Positions 22,901-37,900 of a stretch of DNA of 64,000 nucleotides are shown here, one piece after another. Below the pieces are notes generated by a model. That model was not told where the DNA came from, did no database searches, and saw only the letters and a list, made by a program, of their open reading frames with translations. Origin of the DNA: Phoronis australis (lineage: Eukaryota > Animalia > Phoronida); assembly GCA_002633005.1 (NCBI GenBank), contig NMRA01000089.1, positions 558,001-622,000 on the forward strand, written 5' to 3'. The translations under genes and the position numbers were made by a program. Position 1 is the first letter of the stretch. Each line of letters opens with the position of its first letter.

Positions 22901-25900
22901 TACATGACAATCTATTTTTCAGTATCGTAAAAGAGGAATATTGTTGCAACAAAAATGAGCCTCTCAACAAATAACAGTGGAAAAATAAAACATTTTAGCT
23001 TCTTACCTCGCCATCTCAGAGGGGACTTGGAAGGGCAAGGAAATAAAAAATATTTTAAGGGTGGTCTCATCTGTATGTTTTGAAAATTGGAACTACAAAT
23101 GAGAACAATCGATGACACTGACATACATTGTGCAAAATGACAAGAACTCAGGACTTATAACATATGTAACACACGTGTCACCAAAACCCAACAAAAGACT
23201 CATCAAATTGTCATCACCAAAAAACAAATAAGTCAAAACATAGGTGACTTTTGAGAAACGTTAAGAGAAAAATGTGGAAACCTTTGATAATGGTCTTCAT
23301 GTCAGCCTTGGTCAGGTCCACATTATGGAGGGCAATCAACAGCTCGGCTGGTGATAGAGGGCCTGCATAGCTCATCTCTCCTGGTGGAACAGTATGATCA
23401 ATCAGTATAATGGAAGGTATGAAAATTTTCTAAGTTAAATTAATTGGCTTTCCTGTAGAAAGAACAATCAAAGCTGCATTGCGCTCTCTTAGCAGGCTAA
23501 AANCTATGTCTCATTAAATTGTGAATACGCAAATGAAGTCCTAGTTCACAAACAAACCCGGGTCTTCCGGTGTGCCAGAAACGAACAGATCTGGACAATG
23601 CTCTGGCGAGACAAATGATGCATGTAAAAGAGCATCCTGGCACTGACATTCAAGTCTGATTATCAAGTATGACATCGTAAGAAACCTTAAATAGCTTCTC
23701 CTTCTCAGCATCCTTTACTTCCTGCTTGCCGGCATCTGGCGTGAGAGTATCTGTGAAGCCAGGAGGGTGCTCCACCACTCGGTTCTCTAGCACATCCATG
23801 AAGTCTTTAGTGATGTGTGCCACCTGGTGGAACAAGAAGAAATAAGAATTATAGCAATGCTGGCAAGTAAGGTTTGCGTAGTTTTATACACATACATACA
23901 CTTTAAACAGATGGGAGTAACTGACACTTGCTTTATGGAGGATTCATAGTCTTGTTGTTGTTGAGAAGCAATACATAGACCAAAACATCAGCACATACCT
24001 GGTTGGCTGTGAATGACTTGACGTGGTTGAGTAGCGGTTCCCTGAGGTCGGGGCAGATCTCAAAGGCACTGCTGAGGTGTTGTGGTGAAAGCTGCAGCAG
24101 GACCTGGAAGGACTGAGGCTTGGTGCGCTGACAGCAGCGAACAAAACCTTCCCAGACCTTCTTGTGTTTCCAAACCTGGCCATGATAGAAGCATAGTGTA
24201 ATCAAAAGTCAAGATGCTTTGAAGTGTTTGTAATTAAAAGTCAAGATGCTTTGAAGTGTTTCTCAGTAAACATTTTGAAATGGATACCATTGCTAGAAAA
24301 CAATTAGTAAGTAAACCTACAATCAAACCAAATGTGACATCACATTCTGAGCATTAAGTCTTTGTGCTATTTGAATGACATTGGATCATTCATGGTGTAT
24401 TAAGATGAAAATCAACGACGATTATTAAGTCATCTGGCAGAGTTCAAACAAGACACTGTATTTACCCACAACAAATTCCCAGGGTAGATATTACTGTGAA
24501 GTGTCTCCAATATATCACAACACCCTTGAGATTAGACTGACCACTCTCAGACCGACCGCAACACCACAAACCTGTTTAGTTATGAGCCTCTGCAGTATGT
24601 TCATGACAAAACCGAGTAGCCTGGGGTACATGGTCAGTGACTGGATGACCGTCCTCATGAGTAGGGTGGGTAGAGGGGTCTGATCCATCAACTGCTGCAT
24701 GACCACTGCTAGTACTTCCTGGGTATAGATAGACTTCTCAGCGAAACACAGGCTTGTGGCTAGAAGAAGAAAAATGGGAGCTACAGAAAAGGGAGAGTTA
24801 CAGAAAAGGGAGAGTTACAGAAAAGGGAGAGTTACAGAAAAGGGGGGCATATTCAGCTAAAGGAAATGTCCTCTTGTTAAATGATAGTCATCCTTTCACT
24901 ACACTGATTAAACAGCATGTATTTAATCACAAAGTTTGTTGCTATTAGGCCTAATCAAAATTATGTTTGTGTCAAGTGAGACCGATCGTAAAATATGCGT
25001 GTGATTCAAAACATTTTATTTGCTACATGACAATCTATTTCTCAGTATTGTAAAAGAGGATTACTGTTGCAACAAAAATGAGCCTCTCAACGTCAAGTAA
25101 AAGTGGAAAAATAAAACATTTTAGCTTCTTACCTCCCCATCTCAAAGGAGACATAGGAAGGGCAAGGAAATAAAAAATATTTTAGGGTGGTCTCATCTGT
25201 ATGTTTTGAAAATTGGAACTACAAATGAGAACAATTGATGACACTGACATTGTGCAAAACAACAAGAACTCAGGGCTTCTAACATACATAACACATGTGT
25301 CACCAAAACCCAACAAAAGACTCATCAAATTGTCATCACCAAAAAACAAATAAGTCAAAACATAGGTGACTTTTGAGAAACGTTAAGAGAAAACTGGAAA
25401 CCTTTGATAATGGTCTTCATGTCAGCCTTGGTCAGGTCCACGTTATGGAGGGCAATCAACAGCTCGGCTGGTGATAGAGGGCCTGCATAGCTCATCTCCC
25501 CTGGTGGAATGGTCAATCAATTTAATCAAGGTGTGTAAATTTTTTAAGTTAAATTAATTGGCTTTCCTGTAGTAAGAACAATTAAAGCTGCATTGTGTCC
25601 TCTTAGCAGGCTAAAAATGAAAATCTAAGAAGGCAACTAACTCTCATAAAATCTTTCTCATAATATTCCTTGTTGTGAAAGGTACTGTTCCTGGCAAGAA
25701 CATCAAAACCACGAACAAATCCCAAAGTAAACACTTTATTGGGGTTGGCCAACCCTAGCTTGAGTTGGCGAGGAAAAAACCCTGTCAAAGTACAGAATAT
25801 TACGAGACCAATTTTATGAGAGGAAGAGGCCTCATTCCATTTCTGTTATTTAACCAGCTAAACAGGGCAAAATGAAACCTTAAATTTTAACAACCAATGA

Positions 25901-28900
25901 AAAACATGTTCGTAAACAATAAAAGTCGCCAAAAATGCTAACATGTGAAAGCCAGCCTCTTATAATGGGAAACCTCTGGGCAGTTGTAACATTCCAACTG
26001 AGATAGAAAGTATAGAGATCTAGTGATAACTGATGATCTCCAGGGAGAACTATCTTGAATGTCAAGGTCAAGATCTTGAGAGACCACTAGATGGCAGTGT
26101 TAAATGCAAACGCTGAAAGTGGGCTGCTTAGTGTTACTGATAATAAACAATCATCCTTCTTGAAAAGCAGTTACAGGGTGTGTGCTGGCCCCGGTGCAAT
26201 CTGCTTTCATTGTAATAAGATACAACCAGTCACAAAGAACTCAAACACAGTTCCTTGTACTATTATGTCATGTTTTACCTTGACCAGCCAAGAGTCTATG
26301 AAACACTTCCTTGACAACAACTGGGTTGAGTTTGATCAACTTGGGTAAGGCTGCCAAGACTTCAGTCTGTAAAGAGAACCACAATGCAAAGAATTTACAG
26401 AACTATGACTCGGACACCAGCAGATAAATCGCAAAAAGTTTACAAAAACATCTTCATTATTTTCAAAACAAATAAAAAAGTCAACACATATTTGTCATGT
26501 TTCAGCATAGACTGAGCAAAACACCACTGTTGATGTTTCAATGGACGTTTACCAGCATTAAAAATAAGCTCCGTTCAGTTTTCAAAGTTAACTTAAGACA
26601 TCATTCAAGAAAGTAACTAAAGCCCAAAGTATAATTACTAGGTGCTCTTCCATCCAACCACACGACACAGTCAGTACAGTGTGACCTAACCAACCACATG
26701 ACAGTCAGTATAGTGTGAGCTTACCTTTGAGAGACCCGTAAGTACAGGTATGAGGAAGCGAACATCAGAGACTCGCTTGTGATAGAGGTCACGCACTCTC
26801 TCCACTAGCTCTCGAGAAGGCAAAGCTGTAATAAACAAGAACCACTGACATCACGGCGGGGAAACCAGTCAAAACAAATACACGGAACAAAGTAGACTTC
26901 AAGAGCATATATTTCTCGAGCTATTCTCCAAAGCTTGATGAAGCAGCAATATTTGTTTCCATGGCAACACTGAAGTCACTTTTGCCTTTATGCCTCTCAC
27001 ATTGACTCTTTTTCCACAGAATCATGGCTTACTGGTCTATTTCAAAATTACAATAGGATAACAAGGCCATGGAGTTCACGCTTTTCAGTGTTAGCAAAAC
27101 AACTAAGCTTGAATAACTGCTGTTAGCAACGATTGTTACAGGATGACAATGAGTGTATAATTTTAATATTGGCAGCAAATATTAACAAAGCTTGGCTAAT
27201 ACTACTCAACTTACTGTGCGATGGTTACAAATACCAAAAGAAAATCCAAGCTGGGAGTTAAACTTTGAGAACAGTGACTATTCAAACAAGCTTCTTGAAG
27301 TTTGACCCAACTTAGCTTACTAACATCAATGTGCATGTTTGTTTTAATTTTACAACCAAACTTACAGATTACATCTCTTATGATCTGCGTACAAGAAGTT
27401 GTGATGGATTTTTGTTCACAGTTTTTGACCATTACTATCATCTTGGAGGTTGTGAAGAATTCGCGACAGGCCATATTTCAAAATTGACAAACTGCTCAAC
27501 CTTCTCTTAATTTCATATGGCAGTGAATGACAACATGTATCTGGAACTTCCCTTATTGAATATTTTTTTGTGAAATTAACCATCAATGGCAGTAATATGG
27601 CACGCAATGCACAACAGTGTTGACTATTAGAAGGGCCAAATTCTAATTGAAAAATAGCTCAGCTAGCAAACGAACATCCTGGATACCTCCCCTTCGCCCC
27701 CTCCCAGTCATGAGGGAAGACTACTCTGATCATGAATTTGACCTCCACCCAGTTGTTATGACGTCAAATTCCAGGCAATTATGTCTAAATACTTTTGTTA
27801 TGTACTTACTGTAACTGTTTCTACTTGGGTGAGTTACATGTTTAAGTGATTGTCTCTACCCACTTTTGCCTCTGACGTCACTCACCTTTGTCAGTCAAAA
27901 TGTGAATGATCCGTGTGACTAGTGTCTCCGCCCCCTTAGGACAAGTCTCCACCAATCTAAGTAGCTCAGGTGAGTCCATTCCCATTCCTTTCACCTGTAA
28001 AGACGTGTTTCAAACATTTCCATTATGATGGTGCTCCTTACATTATGTCTAGTCAAGTCCCCCCCTTCACTCAATCCTGTCATCAGTGACTAATACATAT
28101 TTATGGTGTTTGACATCAGGGTCATTTAGTATGACACTTAAACATGACTGGAATGTTTGTGTCACGTTAATTGTAATTACCTGTAATTACCTGTCACAAA
28201 CAGGCTACTGGCATGAAACACTAATTATATACTCGCTCTTCCATTCCGATAGCGGGAGACTTGATATACTAAGAATGATGTTGCCAAGCAGGAGTTTTGG
28301 TTTCTCAGCTTAAATAATTGCCTCTTCATCCAGAGAACAAATCAGGAGTGAGGAAATCATATGTTTCTTGGTGAGCCATGTCTTGTTCAAAGGGCAAGCA
28401 GCAAAGTGCTAGCTACAGTGGAATACGTATGAAAATATCATGACACGTTAAGTTAAATCAACTACACATTCACTTACCGGACTTTCCAAAACTCGGAGAA
28501 TGGTCCTCTTTATGTCAGGTTTGGCAGCCGTGTAGACAGCAGCCAGTCTACGGAAACAGGACGTAAAATTTGTATTTTACAATTTTGTGGACAGTGGAGA
28601 CACTGATGCCAACATTTGTCATAACTTTAAATCTTTAAGAAGTAAGAAACATGGATGCACTGATTAAAAATTAGCACCACATCTTATGTCACTTTAATTG
28701 TACCCCAACCAGGAATAATAGAAATCTCTTTGAGAAGACAAAACAAGGGAGGCTCCACTGGTTAAAAGATGTTAGACTCTCTCAAACAGCACGTCTAGCT
28801 ACACTTTGTACACACGTGAATATTAAGCACATCTAACCATTACTGGAAATTATTGTATTTTTGTGTGGAAAAAGTGAATTGATTGGAATAATGTATGAAC

Positions 28901-31900
28901 AACGTATTGTAAATATGAATTCAAGTACGTAGAGTACAGCATGTTGATTTTCAAAGTTTTAAATGACACAAAACAAGAAAACACAACGGAATCCAAGCAA
29001 TGATCATCTCTTTCTTTCTTCTCAACTCACTCCCCTCTTAAGCAACAGTTTAGAAGTTCATCCCATGAACAAGTTTGTATGATTGAAAATGTACACAATT
29101 CTTAGATAACTAGCAGACAGTATTTACAACATCCTTATCACAGCTCTGCCAGCATTAGGCTCTACACATGGCTGCTGTAGTTAAACAGTCAAGATGTCAA
29201 TACAAAAGAGTCGAGTCTGTTGACTTACTCATGAATCATTGAGTGGTTGACTGGCATCAAGCAGAGATAGAGGTGTAGGCACAGCCGGGCGTTCTCATCG
29301 TCCCACGCCTTTGGAATGTCTGGAATGGCAGGCAGTTGGAAATGGTGTTAGACGCATCATCAACACAGTCAATGGGGAAGGAACAGGGGAGGCCACATCA
29401 AGACATACACAGCATAAATCAGGATGATTTAAGCACCATAAGAACATGATGTTACACAAAAAATATTCAAGAATGATCAGACACTCTGATAAGCCATTTG
29501 CCAAAAATTATTCATCTTCAATTTGGTCAAAAGCATGGTTGGTTCTGGTCTGTCTTTTCTTGAAAATCAAGTCAGTGAGACAGTAATTTTTTAATCATTC
29601 ACTCTTCAAAAAAAAATCCAACCGAGATGAGAAAAAAATGAGGTAGGCTTTCCTTTTTAAGTCACCATATAGCAAATCATGGCATTTCAAACAATGGTTA
29701 TGTGTAGCTTTTCAAAACAAAAACAAGGAAAGAGACACTGGCCGAATTTGAAGTGAGCGCAGGTCTCAAAACGAGTTGGAGTAGAGACCACTATTTTTGG
29801 CCAGCTACAGCTGGATTCGAACCCGGGTAGTTTAGATTCACAGTAATTTGTATGTTTAAGTCAATCAACTGAAACTGAGTTTGACAATTAGCAAAGTGTT
29901 TTTTGTGTATTTGCTTGACCTTTCTAAAGCCAGAATCCTACACATTGACAAAGTAGATGGCCTCATTCCACAACACTTCAGTTTTGAACACTCAAACGTA
30001 GTTTTGACTGAAAAATCTACACACTTCAGTTTACAGGAAGTTTGAATCCTACCTGGTTTAGGCTTATAGGCATAAAGCTCCAACGGCGGCGATGGTTTGA
30101 GGAGATGACCGAGGGCCATGACTGCGTACACCTCAATAACACTCCGCATGTCGTCGCGTTCATAAAGTTTCTTTGTTACACGAATGGCATTGTTTCTCAC
30201 CTGACAAAAAACACAAATTATTTATCTACAAAACTGACAAATTTAAGAGGTCTTATTTATCTTGTGCTGAAATTGAAACAGAGTTTCTTCCACTAAAGGA
30301 ATCAATTGGAAAACTGCAAAAATACTTTAAAATGCCTCAGCGTTGTGTAAGACTTGGTATTTGCCCAACTTTGGTGGAGATTTCAGCACATAGTCAAAAA
30401 CCAAATATAACGCCCATACACTGGATCCATGAACAAGGACAAATGCACGTTTTTGCATTTCTGAAATTTTATACTATTCCATGCAATCCTAGCCACAAAT
30501 GATTAATCAACTGAATGAATATACAGGGTGTCTTAAAAATGTTCACAAAAATACACGAATACCAGGATGTAGTTTTACAGGCTACAAATGGTGTTTTCTG
30601 TATCCCAGGATTCCCATCCAAGTTTAATTTGATAGGCACAAAAGACAGAAAAAGGCCACAGTTTACTTTACGTGCAAAGAAACGACAAATGGACTTGCCC
30701 AGACTCTGCACAGCTGACTTCCACAGTCTTCCCATGCTCCACATAACGAAAATTTCTCGTTCAACTACTGCATCCTATGTTCAAATTGAACATACAGAGA
30801 ACACAGAAATGGCTCTTTTTATCGGTCTCCACCTTGTGGCAACAGTTTGTTTGAGCTGCACAGCTAGATTAGTTTGGTGCCAAATCTCTGCAGTAAGAGT
30901 CAATTGTGGCACTTTTGCTAACTTGTACGCATTGCAAGACAACCTTGGGGAATTCTTGAATAAGACAAACATCATTAGTTTGCAGTAAAACCATATCCTG
31001 TTAGTCATACTTTAGAATGTGTGTGTGAAAACTTTTTGGACAGCCACATTATTTGGGACATAGAAGTTTGTTCAATAAAGAAAACCAAATACTTTTTAAA
31101 ACCATGTTAAGGAAATATAAATTAAGAAAAGGAAGAGCAGTTCACCTCCGACCGTTCATGGACAGTAAAATCCAGTAACACTTGAGTGAAGATGTCCTTC
31201 ATTGCCGGACGTTTGAGAATGAGGTCACGCACGGTGGACATTCCTATGTAGACACGGCTCTAGAAAAAACGAAACACAATAGTTAAGTGTACACTTGTAT
31301 ATACAGATAGTGCAATGATAAGACTGGTAACTAAGTGAAACAAGATCACGCAGTACTAGTAAAATGTACAGAAACAGCCTTCACCCAGATAGAAGACAGT
31401 ACGCTCTGTAACAGCTCAACCTCTAGAGGAATGGTAGTGTACAGGGATAAGGAAATTGACATGAATAATTATTAGCATGTGTGCATGTGTGTGTGCCCCT
31501 GTGCACCTCTGTGAAAGAGTGAAAGAAAACCGTTGCTCATGTACACAACATGCTAGGTCTAGTAGTCGATCAATTCATTAATTATTAAAATATGGATGTC
31601 TCAAAAAATGCTCTACAATTTATGTTGCCTAGCAACACACAAATGTGTTGCGTCGGTCCTATAACATAAACCACGTCAGGTGTGAAGTTGATACAATATC
31701 CCGGACGAGACGAGCTTCACGGTAAGATTACCTCATCTTGACAATATTTCTTCAACACTGCAACTGCATTTGGAGTGATGGTAGGTGCCTCCAGTAGTAG
31801 GCGACTAAACAATCTGGAAACAAGAACAAAATCCTCCTAGGTAAAGATCACACAAAACAACAAGGCTTTAAAACTAAAAAATAACATAACTATAAACTTG

Positions 31901-34900
31901 TATTACACCTAAACAAAACTAACTGAGCAGTGACTAACCGTCACCAATACCATCACTTTCCCTGCAGTATTATCACCAACATAGAACCGTTAGTGAGTGA
32001 GCAGAACAGAAGAGTTGTACACACCCTTCCTTCTGATCTGGCTGTTCCAACAGCCTCATAAGAAGGCTGGTCAGACAGTCGTCATAGTTGGAGATGGTTG
32101 GCTTGGCATTACCCACTCCAGTCACATTAAGACTCTGGTAGACAGCATACTCCTGGTACAGCCAGGCAAAGGCCAATTCCTGTCTGTGTCGGAGGTCATC
32201 AAAGATGTAGTCCTGGAGCTCTGAAACAAGAAAGAAAGAAATAATCCAGGAAGTCTATAAGTCCAAAACTGTAAAGTATAATCCTAAAAACATTGGCGGA
32301 CATGGAATTCCTACATGTGGTGTTACAGTACTCAAGTCCAGAGCACCCCGACAACAATGGCATGTGATCACAAAAAAATTTATGGGTGCATAAAAATGTC
32401 TTTCACAACAAAGCAAAATTTGCCAAAATGATGAAAAATACATAATGCTAACATTCTCTCATGGGTTTACACAAAGCACCGCTATAGAATGCAATTGACT
32501 CACCCCTCTTCATCAAGCCTCCAAACTGGGCCACAAGTCCAGTCAGCATTTTCATTCGGTTACTAATTCCGCTACCCATGATCAACCCTGCGAACAGCAA
32601 CAAGTAATTAACTGAGAGAAACATGTTTCTCATTGTACTTGTGCTTCTCTGCTCTAACAACAAAACCCCTAGTCTAATACATTCTGATTTCATTTTAACT
32701 TTGTTGATGTTTTACAACAATTACTGCAAGTCTCTGCCAGTGTGCAAAGAGAGAAAATGTCAACAATTTCAATCATGGGATATCAACACAACTCTGTATT
32801 AGCAAAATTATAGACGATTTCAGTGCTTCAAAAGAACTGTCGGTTCATCAGTACTTGAGATCGGACTCTACAAAGTGACTTGTCACCGACTGTCAATTTA
32901 TGCACCGAACATGAATAAAACCAATAACAAATTATCAGTTCTTTACAAACCTAGAAATCACTTCTCATCTAGGAACAAGCTGAGACAAATTGTACAGCAG
33001 TAAGTGGTCTAAATTAAAGCTTGTGTATTCAACGTAATGATCAGAATAGAACTCACTTTCAGCTCTGATGATGCGACTATAAGCTGCTTCAGTCATCTCG
33101 TCTATCTTGTCCATGGCGAGTGAGTGAGTAATGTTGGACAGACGGAACTGATATATGCCTCGACGCGTGGTTGACGGGATCTGCAGGCACGACCAACAGA
33201 TGGCGTGTGTATTCAGAAACAATCATTTACTAGCAGTAACACGATCAACATCCACATTTTACTTCCAAGCTACAACCACGGCATTGTTTTTTACAAATTG
33301 ATACAAAATGTTAAAGCCAAAGAATCACTTTTAAGTGAGCTTCGAAGTTGAATATACAATTTTTTTAACAAACTGAAGAATGAATGAGGCATAAAATGTT
33401 ATTTGCCACCATCCTCTTTAACATGAGACTCTTGATTCTTGACGAACAATTCATTCTAAAAACATCACAACACAAAATGAGCACTCTTCACAGCTACGAA
33501 GTAAACATTACATTAGACACCTCAAGAAACATCAAAACAACTAAAACAAAGCTTTACCTGTGGTGCTATAAACGGTGCCGGCTTCTTGAAGTCATCCTCC
33601 ACCTGACCACCCACCACAGTAGATATGGTGTGTTTGGGAGATGTGGCCTGCTCTTCATCAACTTCCTCCTACAATATCCAGCAATACAGAGGAGATACAG
33701 TGGACAGTATTCAGACAAAATGAACCAAAATTTCCCATCACGGTGACTGGACGGAAGTTAAATTCATCGCCAGAGTAGTCTCCCCTGATGACAATGGCTG
33801 AGCAGAAACCAAAGTCATCGTCTAAGTAGTTTTCTCTCATGACCAAATATGGAGGGAGTACACAGGACAGTTAGCAAGGTGGCTAAGGCATACTGGTATT
33901 ACCAGTCATTTTTTGCTGTTCACAGAATTAGCCGTCTTGATGGGAAAGTGGTATTTTGTCACATTACTTTTGTCATGCACTGTATGTATGGTACTTATGA
34001 GATACACAGTAATCTGAACACAGATGCCATTTCGCAGAAATAATAGCTGCAAAGTGGAGGCATTGACCTATATCAACACAGTCGGTGTCTACAAATATGA
34101 TATATTTGAAAGATTGAGTGAGTCAAACTGTTACTGTATTTCATGCTATCGAAGCTGAAAAGCCAATATGAAGGTTGACTTCAAAACAGAATTAACAATT
34201 TGTAAAAATACAGTCACTGTTTCGCACAATTTTTCAAGGAGGTTCTACGGCTCACAAGATTGATTAGCTGTAGAGAACAGTAAGATTCATTCTTTCTTAT
34301 CGACATCGGAAATTGGCAGTAAATTTGAAATGTATGTATATGTAAGCACACCCAAACACGAACACGGTTATTATACAAAATGTTTGTTTACCTCCTTTTC
34401 ACCCATTGTTTCTTGTGTCACTTCCTTGATGCCCTTGCCGAGGCCGTGAGCTGTCAGCTGATTGGCCAGTAAGCGAGACAAGTGATTCACCTGCGCCTCT
34501 GTACCTGCCGCCGCGATGGGTGTATAGGTTGACTGGAAGTGGGCTGGCATGGTATCAGGTAACATCACCTGAGAAAGAAAACATGGATGTATCATCCATA
34601 ATCACAGTTTTAGCACTAAATTCTGAAATCAACACTTGCAGTAATGTCTTACTACGCGTTCATAGTGATTTTATTTATATTAAATATATTTTAACACGTT
34701 AACATAGTGATTTTATTTATATTAAATATATTTTAACAAATTAACATATCACTAATCAATAATTTGTGTACTTTGGTAGCAGCCCTTCTGCTAAGCATTC
34801 TTGCTGAAGATGATTCCAATTCAGTGTTCTCAAATTTTCGAGTGGCACATAAATTATCAGGTGTCTGACAAATGCAACTGCAGAACATCCCTCTAGTATG

Positions 34901-37900
34901 TATAGATCGACACTAATCCAAACAAAGCTTGTCACAGGTTTCCAACCCAAACACAAGAAAAGCCTTTTTACTGAGCCAATTCAAATTTTAAGTTACACAT
35001 AGGGACATCTTTTACAAAAAGAGGAAGACAAGGGCCAACAGAGGCACATACACTGAGGCTTACTAAGAAATAAAAGTTGTGTAGCCGCACTTTAAAAATG
35101 TTGTGCATTACTGTACTTGTCACCGCAAGGAAAGTCATGCCTACTGACCATGCTGATGAGGACTAGATCAGTGACATTGGCAGGGGTCAGCTTGTCAATG
35201 AGGTCAGCGGCCGTGATGTCAGTGGCACTCTGCTCTTGCTTCTTGGTGGGCTTTGGTGCTGGCATGGGAGTGGCACCTTCGGCAAGAACATCAGAAACCT
35301 TGGGCACCTGAACAGAAGATTGATTGAGTTGTTGAAACACAAGGCGCACCATACAGTAAACAAGACAATCCTTCACAAACCATCAGGCTCCTTTCGCCAG
35401 TGGGTAATACTGGTGAGTCATTCAAGTCTCCCCCCCTGCCCCGGACAGGATGCAAGAACACATTACTTCCCATTGGTACTCATTTGCAGCTGAGTCAACT
35501 GAAGCAATGCAGAGGTTACTACATTTGTCTAACTCAAGAGGAAAGTAAACCAACTGCACCAGCCAGGGATTGAACACACTGATAGAACTTGCTCGTGGTT
35601 CGTCTACAAAAACTTATCAAAAGCTGCACTGCTGTGTAATCAATGTTCTTGTAGCTGTAATTGACATGTTCTTTTTTGTATTTTCTAAACCAACTGCAAT
35701 ACAATGAATCTTAAACTAAACAACAAAAGAGCTTTAAATTTCTATATTGTGACTCTAATACTTTAAAACTTGCAACTTAAGAATTTTTCAAAACCTGAAC
35801 ACCATGAAGCCAAACAAATTTCAAAAAAGTTAGATCATCTATTTTGTCCAGAGACAAAGGAGAGGAAACTTTTCCAAGTGACGGATCATTCTACAAATTT
35901 ATAGGCAGATGTGGTAAATATAATTTTTTGTTTTGTAAAATTTAACTGCAAGAAGCATAAGAAGCATTTTTTGCATGAATAAAGTCAAAACAGTGAATAA
36001 AAAGAGACAAAAAAGAGGAAACTGGAAATCAAATAAAAGAAATCGAAACCAAAAGAAACAAAATCCTCTTAAAAGAGGAAAATTACGAGCCCTAATTGTC
36101 CGATGAGTTGACCAAAACCAGAAACACTCAGACATGCTCTCATACCTTTGATGCTGGTTTCTTAAACTCGCCCTCGTCTGCGGGAGCTTCGGGTGCAGCC
36201 ATCGGCACCTTCCTCTTTCGTGACTCCACTCCCTTAGGCATGTTCTTCATCACCTCCACCTGAGTGGCACCAAGGTCCGTCAGTAGCGTGGTGATCTGTG
36301 CATGATAGTCCAGCGAGCTAGGATGTTTGAGCAGACTCAGCATCTGGATCTTGAGGTTCTTCCGCACGCTGCTCACTTGAGACTTGCTCAGAGTTGGCGG
36401 CAGGTTGACTGCAAGAAACACACCTCAGCGAATCATTGGCTACAATACCAGGGGTGCCAACCTTCTCAAGACATAATCTGTATTATACCACAATATCAGC
36501 CTCGAATGACCAATACAACTGTGTAATAACCCATTTAGTTGTCTAACGGAGTGAGATAACATTTTAGCGGGAAACCCGAGGCCAGTTTCAAACCCAATCC
36601 GCAAGAGTTTTGAGCTGTCGACTTTACCACTGCACCACTCTGCGGCTGACGTCATCAAACCTGAATATAGTCTGAGCACAAGCAATATCTCATGTTCCAC
36701 AAACCGCATTGCACTGACATAAATATACGCTGTGAAAAACAAAACGCACAATTTCAAAACCACTTCTTTAATTCAGTAAAATTTAAACACTAACAAGTAA
36801 ATAACATGTGAAGTAAGTAATATGTGTAGATATTTGAAAATGGAATAGAAATAAATCTCAATGTCTAAAACAAGAACTAGGTCGTATCAGTTTAAAATAA
36901 TGTATAAGCAGCTATTATTAGCAACAGCTAGTCGACATCTTCCTCGTGTTTTCTTTATGGAGCTCTGTCTTGATTTATTGTGATGTTGAACGTGCCACTG
37001 GTGATTGTTGCGTTTCCAAATACAGACGACAACCTTGATGAAGCGGAGGAGGTGCGAGACATTGAGATGTTACTGGAGGATGATGCAGGCTCGCACCCTG
37101 TAAGTATGGAGCATAAACGTCTCTGCTCAGTAATGTCTGCTGTGTTGTAGTTGTTCAGGCTCTGTATGTTCCTGTGTCCCGACAGCTGCATCACGGTGGT
37201 TGGGGGGACTCTTCACTTGAGTAACTTGGAACACGCACATCGTCTTTCTCACGCTGTGGTTTGTTTTACAGCCCGCTATTCCAGCTGCCTCGCACATCCG
37301 CGGAACAATTTTGGCTAGAGTGTTTACACCAACCGGCTACACCGTAAAGCAAGGCTGATCAGATGAAGGTCTACTCTGCTTGGGATTAAGATAGAATGTG
37401 CTGTCTGCTTGCATCATAATCTCTGGTCTCATTGCTCTGTATTTCTTATACGCAGCTACTGGGCAGTGGGGTTGGTTTTCTTCCAATGCAAATTGCTTCA
37501 GTTTGAATAGTCTCATCAATGACCCATCTGATCTTGTTTTGGTCGCCCTTTCATTGAACTCCCTGTATTCTCCTTCCGTTGTACTATGCAGTGTGATACC
37601 GTCCTAATGAAGTTTTCGATTCTCATCGTTTCCACGAAATCCTAACAGGAGAGTATTATTCAGCAATACCAAGTTGAGTAAAGCACTCCTTTGGCCCATA
37701 AGATTTCCTGATCATTGGCAGTAAGTTCCTCTCCTTTATTACTTTTGTTGCCTTTTCCTTGAGCTTTTAGGTCTTTTCGCTTCCCTTGCAGAGCTGCTCA
37801 TGATCACTTATAAACGAAAACTCGGTATCATATTCTCGCAAAAAACGATCAATAGATCTTTGGAAACTTAGTTTGAGTGTCTGGCTCCTACTCTGATCTG

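Noticed and set aside
25396-25401. U12-type intron suggested by the GTTTCC donor
   Set aside because: It does not match GTATCCTT and no U12 branch consensus was seen near the acceptor.
30515-30988. 157-aa plus-strand ORF within a symplekin intron
   Set aside because: No domain signature or splice support. It is consistent with a chance ORF.
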